Assembly (NCBI GenBank): GCA_965221905.1
Contig: OZ244922.1
Span: 1,440,001-1,504,000, forward strand
Reading direction: 5' to 3'
DNA: 64,000 nucleotides
Source of the DNA: Chloroflexota bacterium
GTDB lineage: Bacteria > Chloroflexota > UBA11872 > VXOZ01
The notes under the pieces were generated by a model. The model made no database searches. It saw only the letters and a program-made list of their open reading frames with translations, and was not told where the DNA came from. Shown piece by piece: positions 1-10,275 of the stretch (its first letter is position 1; every line of letters starts with the position of its first letter). Made by a program: the position numbers and the translations under genes.

Positions 1-42
1 GGCTCAGGCGAGGCTGATGATTTGCCGCTCTAGCGAAATACA

Positions 43-930
43 GTGACGTTTGCAAAGTCCACGGCCAAAACGATTGCAACTCCATATCGACTAATTGCCT
101 TAGATGTTGACGGCACCCTGCTTGACAGTCAGGGAGGCGTCACTGTAGGCACGAAAGCTACGCTCCAGAATCTTGCGGCGCGTGGCGTCCACGTGGCGCT
201 GGCGACCGGCAGGCGCCGCATCATTACGAGCTTCTTGCCGCCGTTGCTCGAAATACCGCTCTTCTTGATTCTCAGTAACGGCGCAGTAATCCGCGATCAC
301 ACCGGCGCCATTTCATATGAAAGCTACCTGCCGAGCGAATGGGCGTGGCGTGCAGTGGAGGAGGCGCGCCGCCTTAATCTGCGATCGACTATCTATGAAA
401 ACGGGGCAGCGGGAGATCGCATGCTGTTCGATGGCGATTGGCGCGCCCACAAAAGTCCTCAAGCACAGCTCAAGCGACGTCCCGATCTTGAATCGCTCTT
501 TGTCGACCTCAATACTGTGACCGACCTCCCGGATCCGATTGAAATTGTGCTTTGGGGCGAAGAGGACAAGCTGCGGAAGCTGGCTGACGCGCTGACGGCC
601 ACCGGCCTGGACTACACGTTGGTCTTCTGGCGAGGCCGCGAGTCCAGTTCGTTTGTGCGAGACGGGCAAAGCGCGATCGAAATCCTGGGCCCCAACACCT
701 CGAAGGCCACGGCCCTCACGTGGCTCTGCGCGCACCTCGGTATTGATCCGACGGAAGTGGCGGCCTTCGGTGATGACGTGAACGATATTGAAATGCTGAG
801 ATTCGCGGGATTGGGTGTGGCCGTGGGGAACGCGACGCAGGCTGCCCGCGACGCCGCCGATGAATATGTCCACAATGATGATCATGAGGCCGTGGCACGG
901 ACACTGCGGCGGCTCTTTCCAACTGGCTAG
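43..930 (+). CDS. Cof-type HAD-IIB family hydrolase/phosphatase
   Basis: Motif I DVDGTLL, ATGR, SNGA, SKATAL, FGDDVNDIEML. Confidence 0.92.
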   Translation: MTFAKSTAKTIATPYRLIALDVDGTLLDSQGGVTVGTKATLQNLAARGVHVALATGRRRIITSFLPPLLEIPLFLILSNGAVIRDHTGAISYESYLPSEWAWRAVEEARRLNLRSTIYENGAAGDRMLFDGDWRAHKSPQAQLKRRPDLESLFVDLNTVTDLPDPIEIVLWGEEDKLRKLADALTATGLDYTLVFWRGRESSSFVRDGQSAIEILGPNTSKATALTWLCAHLGIDPTEVAAFGDDVNDIEMLRFAGLGVAVGNATQAARDAADEYVHNDDHEAVARTLRRLFPTG

Positions 931-1150
931 TTGGCCGGATCAGGGTTCTAATGTAAGGGACGGCCATGGCGTGTCTGATTTGGGCGAGAGGTGGCGCCGC
1001 TGTACTTGCCGCTAATATTCGCGCAGGGCGCTCTGTCAGGCCCTGTGCCACTCATCTATCATAAATGTAAGTGCATAGGTCGTTCACTGCTGCTATGCAA
1101 TCTCAAATTGCAGGTGCCCATATCTGGTCATACTTGAGGAGAAATAGAAG

Positions 1151-2146
1151 TTGAAACCAATTCGCGTCGTGCAGTTGGGTTTGGGAGCAGTGGGGTGTGG
1201 CATTGCACAAACTGCTTTGGGGCGTTCCCAATTGCAGGTGGTTGGAGCGATAGACGTGGACCCCGCCAAAGCCGGGAGAGACCTGGGTAAAATCCTTGGC
1301 ACGGATGAATCGCTGGGAATCCCGGTGACGGCTTCGCTTCGAGACGTACTGGAATCACAATCAGTAGACGTGGTCCTGCAAGCGACGGGCTCGCACATAC
1401 CGGATGTGGCAGATCAACTCAAGGAAATTGCGGCGGCCGGCTGCAATGTGGTGAGCACGTGCGAGGAATTGGCATACCCCTGGCTGCGCCACCCTGCGTT
1501 GGCGCGGGAGATCGATGCAAAGGCCCGCGAGTGCGGCGTGACTATTGTTGGAACTGGCGTCAATCCCGGCTTCATTATGGATACGCTTGTGCTGGTAGCA
1601 ACTGCGGTTTGCAGCGACCTGCGGCGCATTGCTTCTTCACGAGTGGTAGCGGCGCGCGAGCGGCGCTTGGCGCTGCAGCAAAAGATCGGTTCCGGCATGG
1701 AAGAGGCGGACTTTCGCCAACTGGCGGCCCGGGGCGAGATTGGGCACGTGGGCCTGCGGGAATCCTTCTCACTCATTGCCGCCGGCCTTGGGTGGGAGAT
1801 ACGAAATCCGCAGGAGAATATCGAGCCGGTGTGCGCAGAAGAGAAGATCTCGACCGAACACTTCGACATTGCCGCCGGGCAAGTGGCAGGAATCCACCAG
1901 ACCGTCCAGGGATTGAGCGAGGAGCGCGAGCTAGTCTTGGATCTTACCATGAGCATGGCCGCCGGAGAGAGCAAGGATAGCATCAGCATAGAAGCCGACC
2001 CGCCAATGCGCTTGGAAGTGGTAGGAGGAACGCACGGCGACCAGGCGACGTGGTCGATAATTGCAAACATGGCGCCGCGAGTGGCGGAGGCGCATGCAGG
2101 TCTCCTGACTATGCTCGACTTCGGCCTTCCCCGCGCGATTGGATAG
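1151..2146 (+). CDS. NAD(P)-dependent amine dehydrogenase, 2,4-diaminopentanoate dehydrogenase/DapB-like family
   Basis: Rossmann GLGAVG, VVSTCEEL, GTGVNPGF, GGTHGD; GAGGAG RBS before TTG. Confidence 0.8.
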   Translation: MKPIRVVQLGLGAVGCGIAQTALGRSQLQVVGAIDVDPAKAGRDLGKILGTDESLGIPVTASLRDVLESQSVDVVLQATGSHIPDVADQLKEIAAAGCNVVSTCEELAYPWLRHPALAREIDAKARECGVTIVGTGVNPGFIMDTLVLVATAVCSDLRRIASSRVVAARERRLALQQKIGSGMEEADFRQLAARGEIGHVGLRESFSLIAAGLGWEIRNPQENIEPVCAEEKISTEHFDIAAGQVAGIHQTVQGLSEERELVLDLTMSMAAGESKDSISIEADPPMRLEVVGGTHGDQATWSIIANMAPRVAEAHAGLLTMLDFGLPRAIG

Positions 2147-2155
2147 CAAATCACA

Positions 2156-3022
2156 ATGGCACGCCCGCTCCGCCAGTTATCACCAAGCAGTATGCGCACC
2201 TATGAGCGCTGTCCGTATATGTACCACTTGCGGTACACGGAGCGTATTCAAGTCCCGAACACGGCTGCGCAGCTTCTCGGCCGCGCAGTTCATGCTGTCA
2301 TCGAGATTTACTATAAGCAGAAACGCGAAGGCAAGACGTTTGATACCGAAGCCGCATTCGATGCACTCGATGATGCGCTCGACGCCACATTGCATGAACT
2401 GGATGAGGAAGGCCGCCTGGAAGTAGATGAAATGCGCGAACTGGGGTACGACCTGGTGGAGTACTACGTGGAGGAAGTGGCGCCGCACATCCGGCCTCAT
2501 TTGATCGAGGAGCGCTTCAGGTTTTCCGTGCCCGGGGTCGACGTACCGATTGTTGGGTACGTTGATTTGGTCGACCAGGACGGCACGGTGATCGACCATA
2601 AGACATCTTCATCACCATTTCCAGAAGACTACTTGGCGCAGGATGTGCAGTTGCTAACGTATAGTCTCGGCTACAATGCCCTACGCATGGGTGCGCGCCA
2701 GCGGCCCGGACAACTCCCGTTAGTCAGTATGCTCCCACCGGTTCGCCTCGACGTTTTGATTAAGGGCGAAGAAATCACTTATCAGAGACTTGAATTCCGC
2801 TACGAACAGGAGCACCTAGAGCAGTATGTGAAGCGTGTGAACGCTGTTGCCGCGGGCATTCGATCCGCGGACTTTCGCCCCTTCTGGCAAATTCGTCAGC
2901 CCGATCCCGCTGTCTGCCGCTATTGCGACTTTAATAGTGTCTGCACGTACCGCCTACCATCCCCTCCAGAGTCGTCTCCCAAGGGCGACACGACGGATTC
3001 GGCATCCACAGAAGTCGATTGA
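2156..3022 (+). CDS. PD-(D/E)XK RecB/AddB/Cas4-like exonuclease with 4-Cys Fe-S staple
   Basis: LSPSS..YERCP, GRAVH, GYVDLVD, IDHKTS, QLLTY, CRYCDFNSVC. Confidence 0.88.
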   Translation: MARPLRQLSPSSMRTYERCPYMYHLRYTERIQVPNTAAQLLGRAVHAVIEIYYKQKREGKTFDTEAAFDALDDALDATLHELDEEGRLEVDEMRELGYDLVEYYVEEVAPHIRPHLIEERFRFSVPGVDVPIVGYVDLVDQDGTVIDHKTSSSPFPEDYLAQDVQLLTYSLGYNALRMGARQRPGQLPLVSMLPPVRLDVLIKGEEITYQRLEFRYEQEHLEQYVKRVNAVAAGIRSADFRPFWQIRQPDPAVCRYCDFNSVCTYRLPSPPESSPKGDTTDSASTEVD

Positions 3023-3254
3023 CCGTAGACGTGCGCTAAGGATTTCCCTCTTGGGTTGAAGATTCCGCTTGGCAGAACATCCCACTCAAGCAAATTCTCT
3101 TCAAAAGGGCCACGTTGGAGGATATTTTGCTTGCCCCGTAATCCCCTTGCGTGGGCCGACCGCCATTCACTCGTGTTTCGATGCGATCGATCACGCTGGA
3201 AATCCCGTTGCACCGGCATTTCTTAGAACGAGATAAGAAATATACGGTAGTTTC

Positions 3255-3283
3255 TTGCCATTGGCTCATGCCGTAAGTACTAT
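3255..3283 (+). promoter_or_regulatory. Sigma70-like promoter
   Basis: TTGCCA-17 nt-TACTAT. Confidence 0.55.
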
Positions 3284-3289
3284 GTGGCT

Positions 3290-3567
3290 AAGGTGCGAGC
3301 GGTGTGCGCTGGGGTGATTGTCTTGAAGCCGGCACGCCGCGCTCAAGGGGGAATCAGCAAGTCCGGAGTTCGCAGAGGTTTGTCCTTTGCTTTCCGGGAG
3401 ATTGGGGCACTCCAATCGAGTGTTTCCGGTACCGATTACTCAGCTCCCGCCTCTGCGCTGTTCCCTCATGGCAAATGGGAACGTCGGAAGCAGCCTACAT
3501 ATAATAGGGCTCTGGGCGGAATCAATAATTTGTCCAAGCCTAGGTAACTGTAGTGACGCTGTTTTTT
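3290..3567 (+). ncRNA. Candidate structured RNA or long leader (unassigned)
   Basis: Helix 3308-3320/3433-3444 enclosing three hairpins, further hairpins, ends in a T6 run; no convincing ORF. Confidence 0.3.
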
Positions 3568-4079
3568 AAGACACGAGCTGAGGATCGACAGGCGCAGCCA
3601 ATATCGTTGCGCAGGCAGTTGCATGGACTGAGCGGCCGAGTGCCGGGGTACGTTCTGCTCTTAGGGACAATCCTGCGCCGTCGGAATATGCCCGCAGCAT
3701 ATTCTCGGGCGTTGGTGCAAGAGGCCGGTTTTGGGCGCTTGCCGGTGCGCGTACCGGGTAGGATGCTGCCGGGATTTCGCCGTCTTGGCAAAATAGCGGT
3801 TCTAGGAGTGCTATTGCACATGTTGCTTGGACAGAGGGGCTTAGGAGCACGCAATAGAGGGCGTTTTGCAGCCGGTCTCAGTGCAGACGGTCTTCGCGAC
3901 GATCTTAGAACGATAATGGCAATTGCGCATTGGGTGCTTTCCGGTCTGACCGGAAAGTGGTCGCGGCGGCGCTCTGAGGTATAGGAGCCGGCGACCTTGC
4001 GCCGATGCAACGGCGCACTATTATGTATGCTTCTGTGGAATACTCGTGCTCGGCTGAATGATTAGGGAATAGGGGGACA

Positions 4080-5090
4080 GTGCTCGTGGCAATTGCGGAG
4101 GAACGTCTCGGCCAAGAAATTTGGGCGGACTTGCAGAGTAACGCGCAGGAGCGCATTCACGGCGCGCTTCTCATGTTGAGCGAGCGCGAGAAGGAAATCG
4201 CGCTCATCGACCTTGTGCGCATGGTTGCTACGCCCAACCAGTATAGGGTTGCGGAGCGCGTTTCGGTGGGTAAGGCCCTCTCGTTTCTTGGTGACCCGCG
4301 AATTCGCACGTTACAACCTATGCTGAACCGTGTGCCGGCGGGAGCATTCACCATGGGCACGGTAAGCGAGACGGTAGATCGGATACTGGGCGAAATCGGT
4401 TTCAGAAATGGTGAGGACGAGGCGCTCCATCGAACGGCGCGCGGTGCGATTCTCATGGAAACCCCGTCACGAACGGTTGACCTTCCTGCGTTTGCCATTG
4501 GCAGATACCCCGTCACCAATTTAGAATTTCACTCCTTTGTACTTTCAGGCGGCGTGCCGGCGCGTGACTACTGGGATGGCACAACCATTGACCCCTGGAT
4601 TCAGAACCATCCGGTCCAAGGTGTCACCTGGGAAGAAGCAATGGGATACTGCGATTGGCTGGCGGATGAGACAGGGCATCCCTATCGCTTGCCGACAGAA
4701 GAAGAGTGGGAGAAGGCGGCGCGCGGGACGGATGGAAGGCTGTTCCCCTGGGGAGATGAGTATAGCTATACGTGCGCCAATGTTTGGGAAGGCGGTATAG
4801 CGACCACGACGCCCGTGGGGGTCTTTCCAGACGGCGTGAGTCCCTATGGCATTCTGGACATGGCTGGCAACGTAGCGGAATGGACGGCATCTTTCATAGG
4901 GACATATCCGGATTCCGCAGGCAGTGATGAGATCACACTTCAGATAGCCGAGCATGGGCGCTACCGCGTTGTACGAGGCGGCTGCTGGCGGGATTCAAGG
5001 CAGCGGACAAGGTGCGCCGGCCGGGGAAATCCAACAGATGTCTATGGGCACGCCGTCGGATTCCGGCTCGCCTTGGATTCCGATGATTAA
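4080..5090 (+). CDS. SUMF1/EgtB/PvdO (FGE-sulfatase, C-type lectin fold) family protein
   Basis: LGDPR, PAGAFTMG, YPVTN, RLPTEEEWEKAARG, DMAGNVAEW, RGGCW, GFR; GGGGGA RBS. Confidence 0.9.
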   Translation: MLVAIAEERLGQEIWADLQSNAQERIHGALLMLSEREKEIALIDLVRMVATPNQYRVAERVSVGKALSFLGDPRIRTLQPMLNRVPAGAFTMGTVSETVDRILGEIGFRNGEDEALHRTARGAILMETPSRTVDLPAFAIGRYPVTNLEFHSFVLSGGVPARDYWDGTTIDPWIQNHPVQGVTWEEAMGYCDWLADETGHPYRLPTEEEWEKAARGTDGRLFPWGDEYSYTCANVWEGGIATTTPVGVFPDGVSPYGILDMAGNVAEWTASFIGTYPDSAGSDEITLQIAEHGRYRVVRGGCWRDSRQRTRCAGRGNPTDVYGHAVGFRLALDSDD

Positions 5091-5122
5091 GAGGAAAAGG
5101 TCATCAATGGTGATAACACAAG

Positions 5123-5157
5123 GTAATCACGATTACTTGACGATGGTCAAAATCGTG
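5123..5157. promoter_or_regulatory. Overlapping palindromes upstream of the ABC cluster; candidate operator
   Basis: GTAATC-ac-GATTAC and CACGATT..TTGAC-gatg-GTCAA-AATCGTG. Confidence 0.35.
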
Positions 5158-5290
5158 TGCTAGGGTACACTGTAATATAGTGCGTCGGGTGGTCGGGATG
5201 GTTGAAAGTCTTTTGGATCAGGAATAGAATTCGGTATCCGCAGAATCTTTGGTACGTGATTAATCGCTCTTAGTGTGAGGGTGGAAATAG

Positions 5291-8200
5291 ATGAGTATCC
5301 TGGAGAGAAGCATTACGGGGCTTCAGGCAGCTGGTAGGAAGTCCAGCACGCTGCGCAATCTGCGTTCGTGGACTGTTTGGGCCAACCTTGGTCTCGTTGT
5401 AATGCTGCTCACTATTTCCTTGCCAACCGCAGCGTCTGCTGCCGTTTACGCGCAACAAGACCAGCCCAAGAATGATGCAGAAGAAGAGGACGCGGAGGAG
5501 AAGGGCACGTTCATCACACACGCCACGGGCGTGGTCGAAGTGAAACTTGAGGCCAATTACGCTGAAACGCAAGAAGCCTACGCGAAGGAAGGCTATGAGT
5601 GGATCGAAAACGTTGAGGTCCCAATCGATCACACGAATTACGTTCGGCACCGGGGTTCCGAACCGGAGATTGTGAATGAGCTCGGCGGTAAGACGGGCGA
5701 AATACTCAATTGGGAGGAAGAGACCGAGTGGATGGAGTGGCGAGTAACCGTACCCAAGACCGGTCTCTACAATATCGAACTTGAGTATTTCCCCTTGCCG
5801 GGCAAGCGTGCTTCTATCCAGCGGCGAATCCAGATTGACGGTGAATTCCCGTTCCTTGAGGCGCGGCGACTGGTCTTCGTGCGCTTCTGGCAGGACAAGG
5901 GTTTGCCGACCACTGACAACCAGGGCAACGACCGACGCCCCGGCCAGAGCGAATTCCCGCGCTGGGCGACGGTGCGCATCGTTGACGGCGATGGCATGTA
6001 TCCCTGGCCGTTTGACTTCTATCTGACAGCAGGTGAGCACGTCATTCGTTTGATCACGGTGCGCGAGCCGATAGCGATTCGTAGTATGCGTCTTGTATCA
6101 CCTTCTCGGCCGCCAACCTACGCTGAAGTCCTTAAGATGTATGAAGAGCAGGGCTACAAGAATGCGGGCGAGACCCTGATCCGACATCAGGCTGAGCTTC
6201 CAGTGGAACGGACCGAGGCTACCATTCGTATGGAGTACACCTCCGGTCCTCTGGTTGACCCATACTCGGCCGGCTACGTGCGGCTGAACGCTTACGGCTC
6301 CTATCGCTGGCGCCGCGCTCTGCAAGCGGCCACCTGGGAATTCGAGGTGCCGGAAGACGGTCTCTATAAGATTGCTTGGCGGCGCTGGCAGGCGTACGCA
6401 AGCTTCTTGCCTTCCGCGCGGCGGATTCTCATTGATGGCAAAGTTCCCTTCCAGGAGCTCAACAACTTCCTCTTTACGCCGGACAATGACCGCGATTGGC
6501 GTATAGTGCACTTTGGCGAGAGAGCAGGCGAGGGTGAACCGTATCTCTTCTATCTTGCAAAAGGAATTCATACCCTTACGATGGAGGTTACGGTAGGACC
6601 CTCGGCGGAAACCGTTCGCGCTATCAATAAGGTTGTAACCGACCTGTCTATCATGGTGCGCGAGATTACGATGATTACAGGTGTAAACCCCGATCCGTAT
6701 ATGGAATTCGATCTCACGTCGCGTATTCCGACCTTGGTTCCCCGGTTGGTAACCAACTATGACCTGCTTGAAGAGCAAGTGAACCACATGACCGCGGTCA
6801 ATAATGGCGTTAAGCCGAATGTTGCTAATGTATTGGGTGAAGTGGCGTTCCAGTTGCGTGACATGGCCAGCGACCCTGAGAGTATGTCGCGCCGCCTGAG
6901 CGATCTAAGCGCCAGCCAAGGCCGCCTCTCGCAGTGGCTCCTTTACCTGCGTGAACACCCGCTTTGGCTTGACTATCTTCTGGTTACGAATCCCGAGATG
7001 GAGTTGGGGTCGGGCAGGGCCAGTATCTTCTTGAAGGCATGGGCCGGATTCATGAACTTCATGAGTTCGTTTGTCCGCAATTACTATGGTGTCGGCTCCG
7101 TTTACGGCGATGACGACAACACCATTACAGTGTGGGTGGCACGTGGTCGCGAGTGGGGCATGATCATGAAGGACATGACTGAAGATGACTTTTCACCGGC
7201 GAGTGGCATCAGTGTCAACTTGCAAGTGTTCCCACCGGCACAGTTGAGTGCAGGCTCGGTAAATGTGTTGCTCCTGTCTGTGGCGAGCGGCGTGACGCCC
7301 GATGTGGCGACTGGAGTGTTGCCGGATGTACCCGTTGAGTTTGCTATTCGTAATGGCGTTGCCAACATGAATAAGTTCTTGGACTATCAGGAGGTTGCCA
7401 CGCGATTCCGTCCAGGGGCGCTCTTGCCCTTCCGTTGGGAGGGCGGAGACTACGCAATACCGGAAACGCAGGACTTCTTGATGATGTTCTACCGTACGGA
7501 CATCTTCAATGAGTTGGGTCTGACTCCGCCCGACACGTGGCAGGACTTATATAACATGATCTGGCTGCTTCAGCAGCGCGGAATGGACTTCTTCTTCCCG
7601 CCGGTTGGCGTGTCCGCGGGCGGGGGCATCTACGGTTTGGCTGAGTCCCTTGTGCCGGGGTTCCTGCCTTTCCTCTACCAAAACGGCGGAGACTTCTATA
7701 CGAATAGAGGACTGAGCGCCCTTGACTCGCCGGAAGCCCTGGCCGGATTCCGTGAATGGACCGAGCTCTACACGAATTACAAGATCACACAGCAAGCGGA
7801 CTTCTATAACCGAATGCGTACGGGAGAGATGCCGATTGGAGTTTCCGGGTTCTTTACCTATGTTCTTCTCTCTGTAGCGGCGCCGGAGCTTGAAGGCCGC
7901 TGGGAGATGGTACCGCTTCCCGGTAAGCGCCGCCCGGACGGACAGGTGGACCGGACCTCAGGCGGCTTTGGTCAAGCCGTTGTGATCATGGATAATTCAG
8001 ATAAACAAGACAAGGCCTGGGAGTGGGCGAAATGGTGGACATCGGAACGCGCCCAGGCGCGTTTCGGAGCAGAGCTTGAGGCCTTGATCGGCACGGAAGC
8101 ACGCTGGAATACCGCAAACGTGAATGCGCTTAATCAGCTTCCCTTCCCAAGGAAGGATATCGAGTCTATCCAGGAGCAGTGGCGCTGGTTCAAGGAGCAG

Positions 8201-8392
8201 CCGGTTACCTTGGGCGGCTACTTTACGCCGCGTCACATCATAAATGCCTGGAACCGTGTGGTGCTTCAAGGGTGGAACCCGCGTGAAGCCCTAGAAGAAG
8301 CAGTAAAGCAGATCGACCGCGAGCTCATCCGCAAGCGCGAGGAGTTCGGGTTGGATGTTGATCTTTCTAAGACGAAAGGGGGTCTTGAATAA
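5291..8392 (+). CDS. Very large extracellular solute-binding protein (N-terminal beta-sandwich/CBM-like domains, coiled coil, C-terminal sugar SBP domain)
   Basis: Signal peptide (ASA-A); MFYRTDIFNELGLTPPDTWQDL, AWEWAKWWTS SBP_bac motifs; stop overlaps permease start. Confidence 0.88.
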   Translation: MSILERSITGLQAAGRKSSTLRNLRSWTVWANLGLVVMLLTISLPTAASAAVYAQQDQPKNDAEEEDAEEKGTFITHATGVVEVKLEANYAETQEAYAKEGYEWIENVEVPIDHTNYVRHRGSEPEIVNELGGKTGEILNWEEETEWMEWRVTVPKTGLYNIELEYFPLPGKRASIQRRIQIDGEFPFLEARRLVFVRFWQDKGLPTTDNQGNDRRPGQSEFPRWATVRIVDGDGMYPWPFDFYLTAGEHVIRLITVREPIAIRSMRLVSPSRPPTYAEVLKMYEEQGYKNAGETLIRHQAELPVERTEATIRMEYTSGPLVDPYSAGYVRLNAYGSYRWRRALQAATWEFEVPEDGLYKIAWRRWQAYASFLPSARRILIDGKVPFQELNNFLFTPDNDRDWRIVHFGERAGEGEPYLFYLAKGIHTLTMEVTVGPSAETVRAINKVVTDLSIMVREITMITGVNPDPYMEFDLTSRIPTLVPRLVTNYDLLEEQVNHMTAVNNGVKPNVANVLGEVAFQLRDMASDPESMSRRLSDLSASQGRLSQWLLYLREHPLWLDYLLVTNPEMELGSGRASIFLKAWAGFMNFMSSFVRNYYGVGSVYGDDDNTITVWVARGREWGMIMKDMTEDDFSPASGISVNLQVFPPAQLSAGSVNVLLLSVASGVTPDVATGVLPDVPVEFAIRNGVANMNKFLDYQEVATRFRPGALLPFRWEGGDYAIPETQDFLMMFYRTDIFNELGLTPPDTWQDLYNMIWLLQQRGMDFFFPPVGVSAGGGIYGLAESLVPGFLPFLYQNGGDFYTNRGLSALDSPEALAGFREWTELYTNYKITQQADFYNRMRTGEMPIGVSGFFTYVLLSVAAPELEGRWEMVPLPGKRRPDGQVDRTSGGFGQAVVIMDNSDKQDKAWEWAKWWTSERAQARFGAELEALIGTEARWNTANVNALNQLPFPRKDIESIQEQWRWFKEQPVTLGGYFTPRHIINAWNRVVLQGWNPREALEEAVKQIDRELIRKREEFGLDVDLSKTKGGLE

Positions 8393-9357
8393 TGGCCGAG
8401 GTAAAGAGTAGCGGCCCGGGCGCCGAGGCGACGACACAGCCGCGAGCGGGAGCAAAACCGAAGACCGGCCTGCGCCGGATTTTCGCCCAATATGGCGTGT
8501 CGTATGCGTTCCTGCTGCCTTATATGATCTTCTTTTTCGCCTTCTTGATCATTCCAGTAGGCGTGGCTATTTGGCTTAGCTTCACGTACTTCAACATGCT
8601 GGAACCGCCGCGCATCATAGGTTGGTCCAACTATCGTTTGCTGTTTCTAGAGGATGATATCTTTGTTCTGTCAATTCGTAATACCTTATTCTTTGCCTTT
8701 ATTACGGGGCCGGTTAGCCTAACCGCATCCTTCCTGCTCGCTTGGTTTATCAACCGGATCCGGGTGCGGACCATCTATGCGTTGGCTTTCTACGCGCCGT
8801 CACTCACAAGCGCAATTGCAATGGCAGTTGTCTGGCGCATCGTCTTTTCCGGCGACCGCTACGGCTACATGAACTACTTTATGATGCGCATGGGTTTCAT
8901 TCAAGAGCCGTTTCTGTGGCTCATCGATCAGCGGACTATGTTGCCGGTAATTATGTTTGTCATGCTTTGGATGAGTATGGGCAATAATTTCCTGGTATTC
9001 CTTGCCGGTTTGCAGACTGTGAACACAGAACTCTATGAGGCTGGGAAAGTGGACGGGATCGCCCATCCGCTCCAGGAGATGTGGTACATTACTCTGCCTT
9101 CGATGAAACCGCAGGTGTTGTTCGGTGTTATCAATGCCGTGGTGCTGATGTTCTCGGCGGGGTTCGAGATTTCGCTATCCCTGGCCGGGCTACCCAGCCC
9201 ACTCTACGCCGCACATATGATTCTGTCTCACCTGTACGACTACGCCTTTATTCGATTTGAGATGGGATATGCGGCTGCAATTGCCGTGATACTCTTCATC
9301 ATTACCTTTGGTGTCGGGCAAGGCGCTTTGCGTATGCTTTCGACCAAAGACGAATAA
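8392..9357 (+). CDS. Carbohydrate ABC permease (MalF/UgpA type)
   Basis: FLAGLQ..ELYEAGKVDG EAA loop; MGYAAAIA. Confidence 0.93.
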   Translation: MAEVKSSGPGAEATTQPRAGAKPKTGLRRIFAQYGVSYAFLLPYMIFFFAFLIIPVGVAIWLSFTYFNMLEPPRIIGWSNYRLLFLEDDIFVLSIRNTLFFAFITGPVSLTASFLLAWFINRIRVRTIYALAFYAPSLTSAIAMAVVWRIVFSGDRYGYMNYFMMRMGFIQEPFLWLIDQRTMLPVIMFVMLWMSMGNNFLVFLAGLQTVNTELYEAGKVDGIAHPLQEMWYITLPSMKPQVLFGVINAVVLMFSAGFEISLSLAGLPSPLYAAHMILSHLYDYAFIRFEMGYAAAIAVILFIITFGVGQGALRMLSTKDE

Positions 9358-9378
9358 CTAAGGAAGGGGAATCGGTAG

Positions 9379-10239
9379 ATGATAATTCGAGTTGGCAGAT
9401 TTAAGATGACGAGCGGTGAGTTTACGACCATCGCAGCGTTGACCATACTTGCTGCATTCATGTCGTTGCCACTGATCTTCGTCGTTTCGCACGCATTGAA
9501 ACCAATAGATGAACTGTTCCTCTTCCCGCCGCGCTTTATAGTGCGGAATCCTACCCTGCGTAATTTCCAGGACCTATTGATCGCTACGTATTCGCTCAAT
9601 GTGCCGTTCATTCGATACATCTTCAATAGTGTGTTTGTGGCCTTCTGTACCGTAATCGGCGGGGTTTTGCTGGCGAGCTTGGCTGCTTATCCCTTGGCGA
9701 AGCATAACTTTCCCGGACGCAATGCGATGTTCATGGTGGTTATCGCGGCGCTCATGTTTACCCCGCAGGTGACGGCAATTCCACGGTACCTCGTGGTCTA
9801 TCAGCTCGGAATCATCGATACCTATTTTGCTCTCGTGCTTCCCAACCTGGCGATCCCATATGCGCTATTCTTGATGAAGCAGTTCATGGAGCAGATACCG
9901 GAAGCGCTGATAGAATCGGCCAAAATTGACGGCGCATCGGAGTGGACTGTGTTTTGGCGTGTCATTATGCCTTTGGTGACTCCGGCATGGGCTACGCTGG
10001 TTATCATCATCTTCGTTGCGACGTGGAATGATATCTGGGCGCCTTTGGTGTTTACGCGAACGGAATCGATGCGGACCCTGCCCATTGCATTGCAGACTCT
10101 GATTAGTCAGGGATCTGTAGCCCGGCAGGGAGCATATGCGGCCGCAACCTTTATTATGATTACGCCGCCGGTGGTACTGTTTACTCTTGTGCAGCGGCGA
10201 GTGATTGCTACAATGGCACACTCAGGAATCAAGGCGTGA
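9379..10239 (+). CDS. Carbohydrate ABC permease (MalG/UgpE type)
   Basis: IPEALIESAKIDGAS EAA loop; WND. Confidence 0.93.
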   Translation: MIIRVGRFKMTSGEFTTIAALTILAAFMSLPLIFVVSHALKPIDELFLFPPRFIVRNPTLRNFQDLLIATYSLNVPFIRYIFNSVFVAFCTVIGGVLLASLAAYPLAKHNFPGRNAMFMVVIAALMFTPQVTAIPRYLVVYQLGIIDTYFALVLPNLAIPYALFLMKQFMEQIPEALIESAKIDGASEWTVFWRVIMPLVTPAWATLVIIIFVATWNDIWAPLVFTRTESMRTLPIALQTLISQGSVARQGAYAAATFIMITPPVVLFTLVQRRVIATMAHSGIKA

Positions 10240-10275
10240 CGTCTTGGCTTGTAGCAAGTAGCGAGTACATCAGAA

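Noticed and set aside
3553-3984. 143-aa Arg/Gly-rich ORF and the opposite-strand ORFs
   Set aside because: No SD, no recognisable motif, composition typical of spurious GC-rich ORFs
3023-4079. CRISPR array next to the Cas4-like gene
   Set aside because: No regularly spaced direct repeats and no other cas genes
4950-5090. FGE/C-type lectin C-terminus as a DGR variable region
   Set aside because: No template repeat differing at adenines and no reverse transcriptase seen in the window
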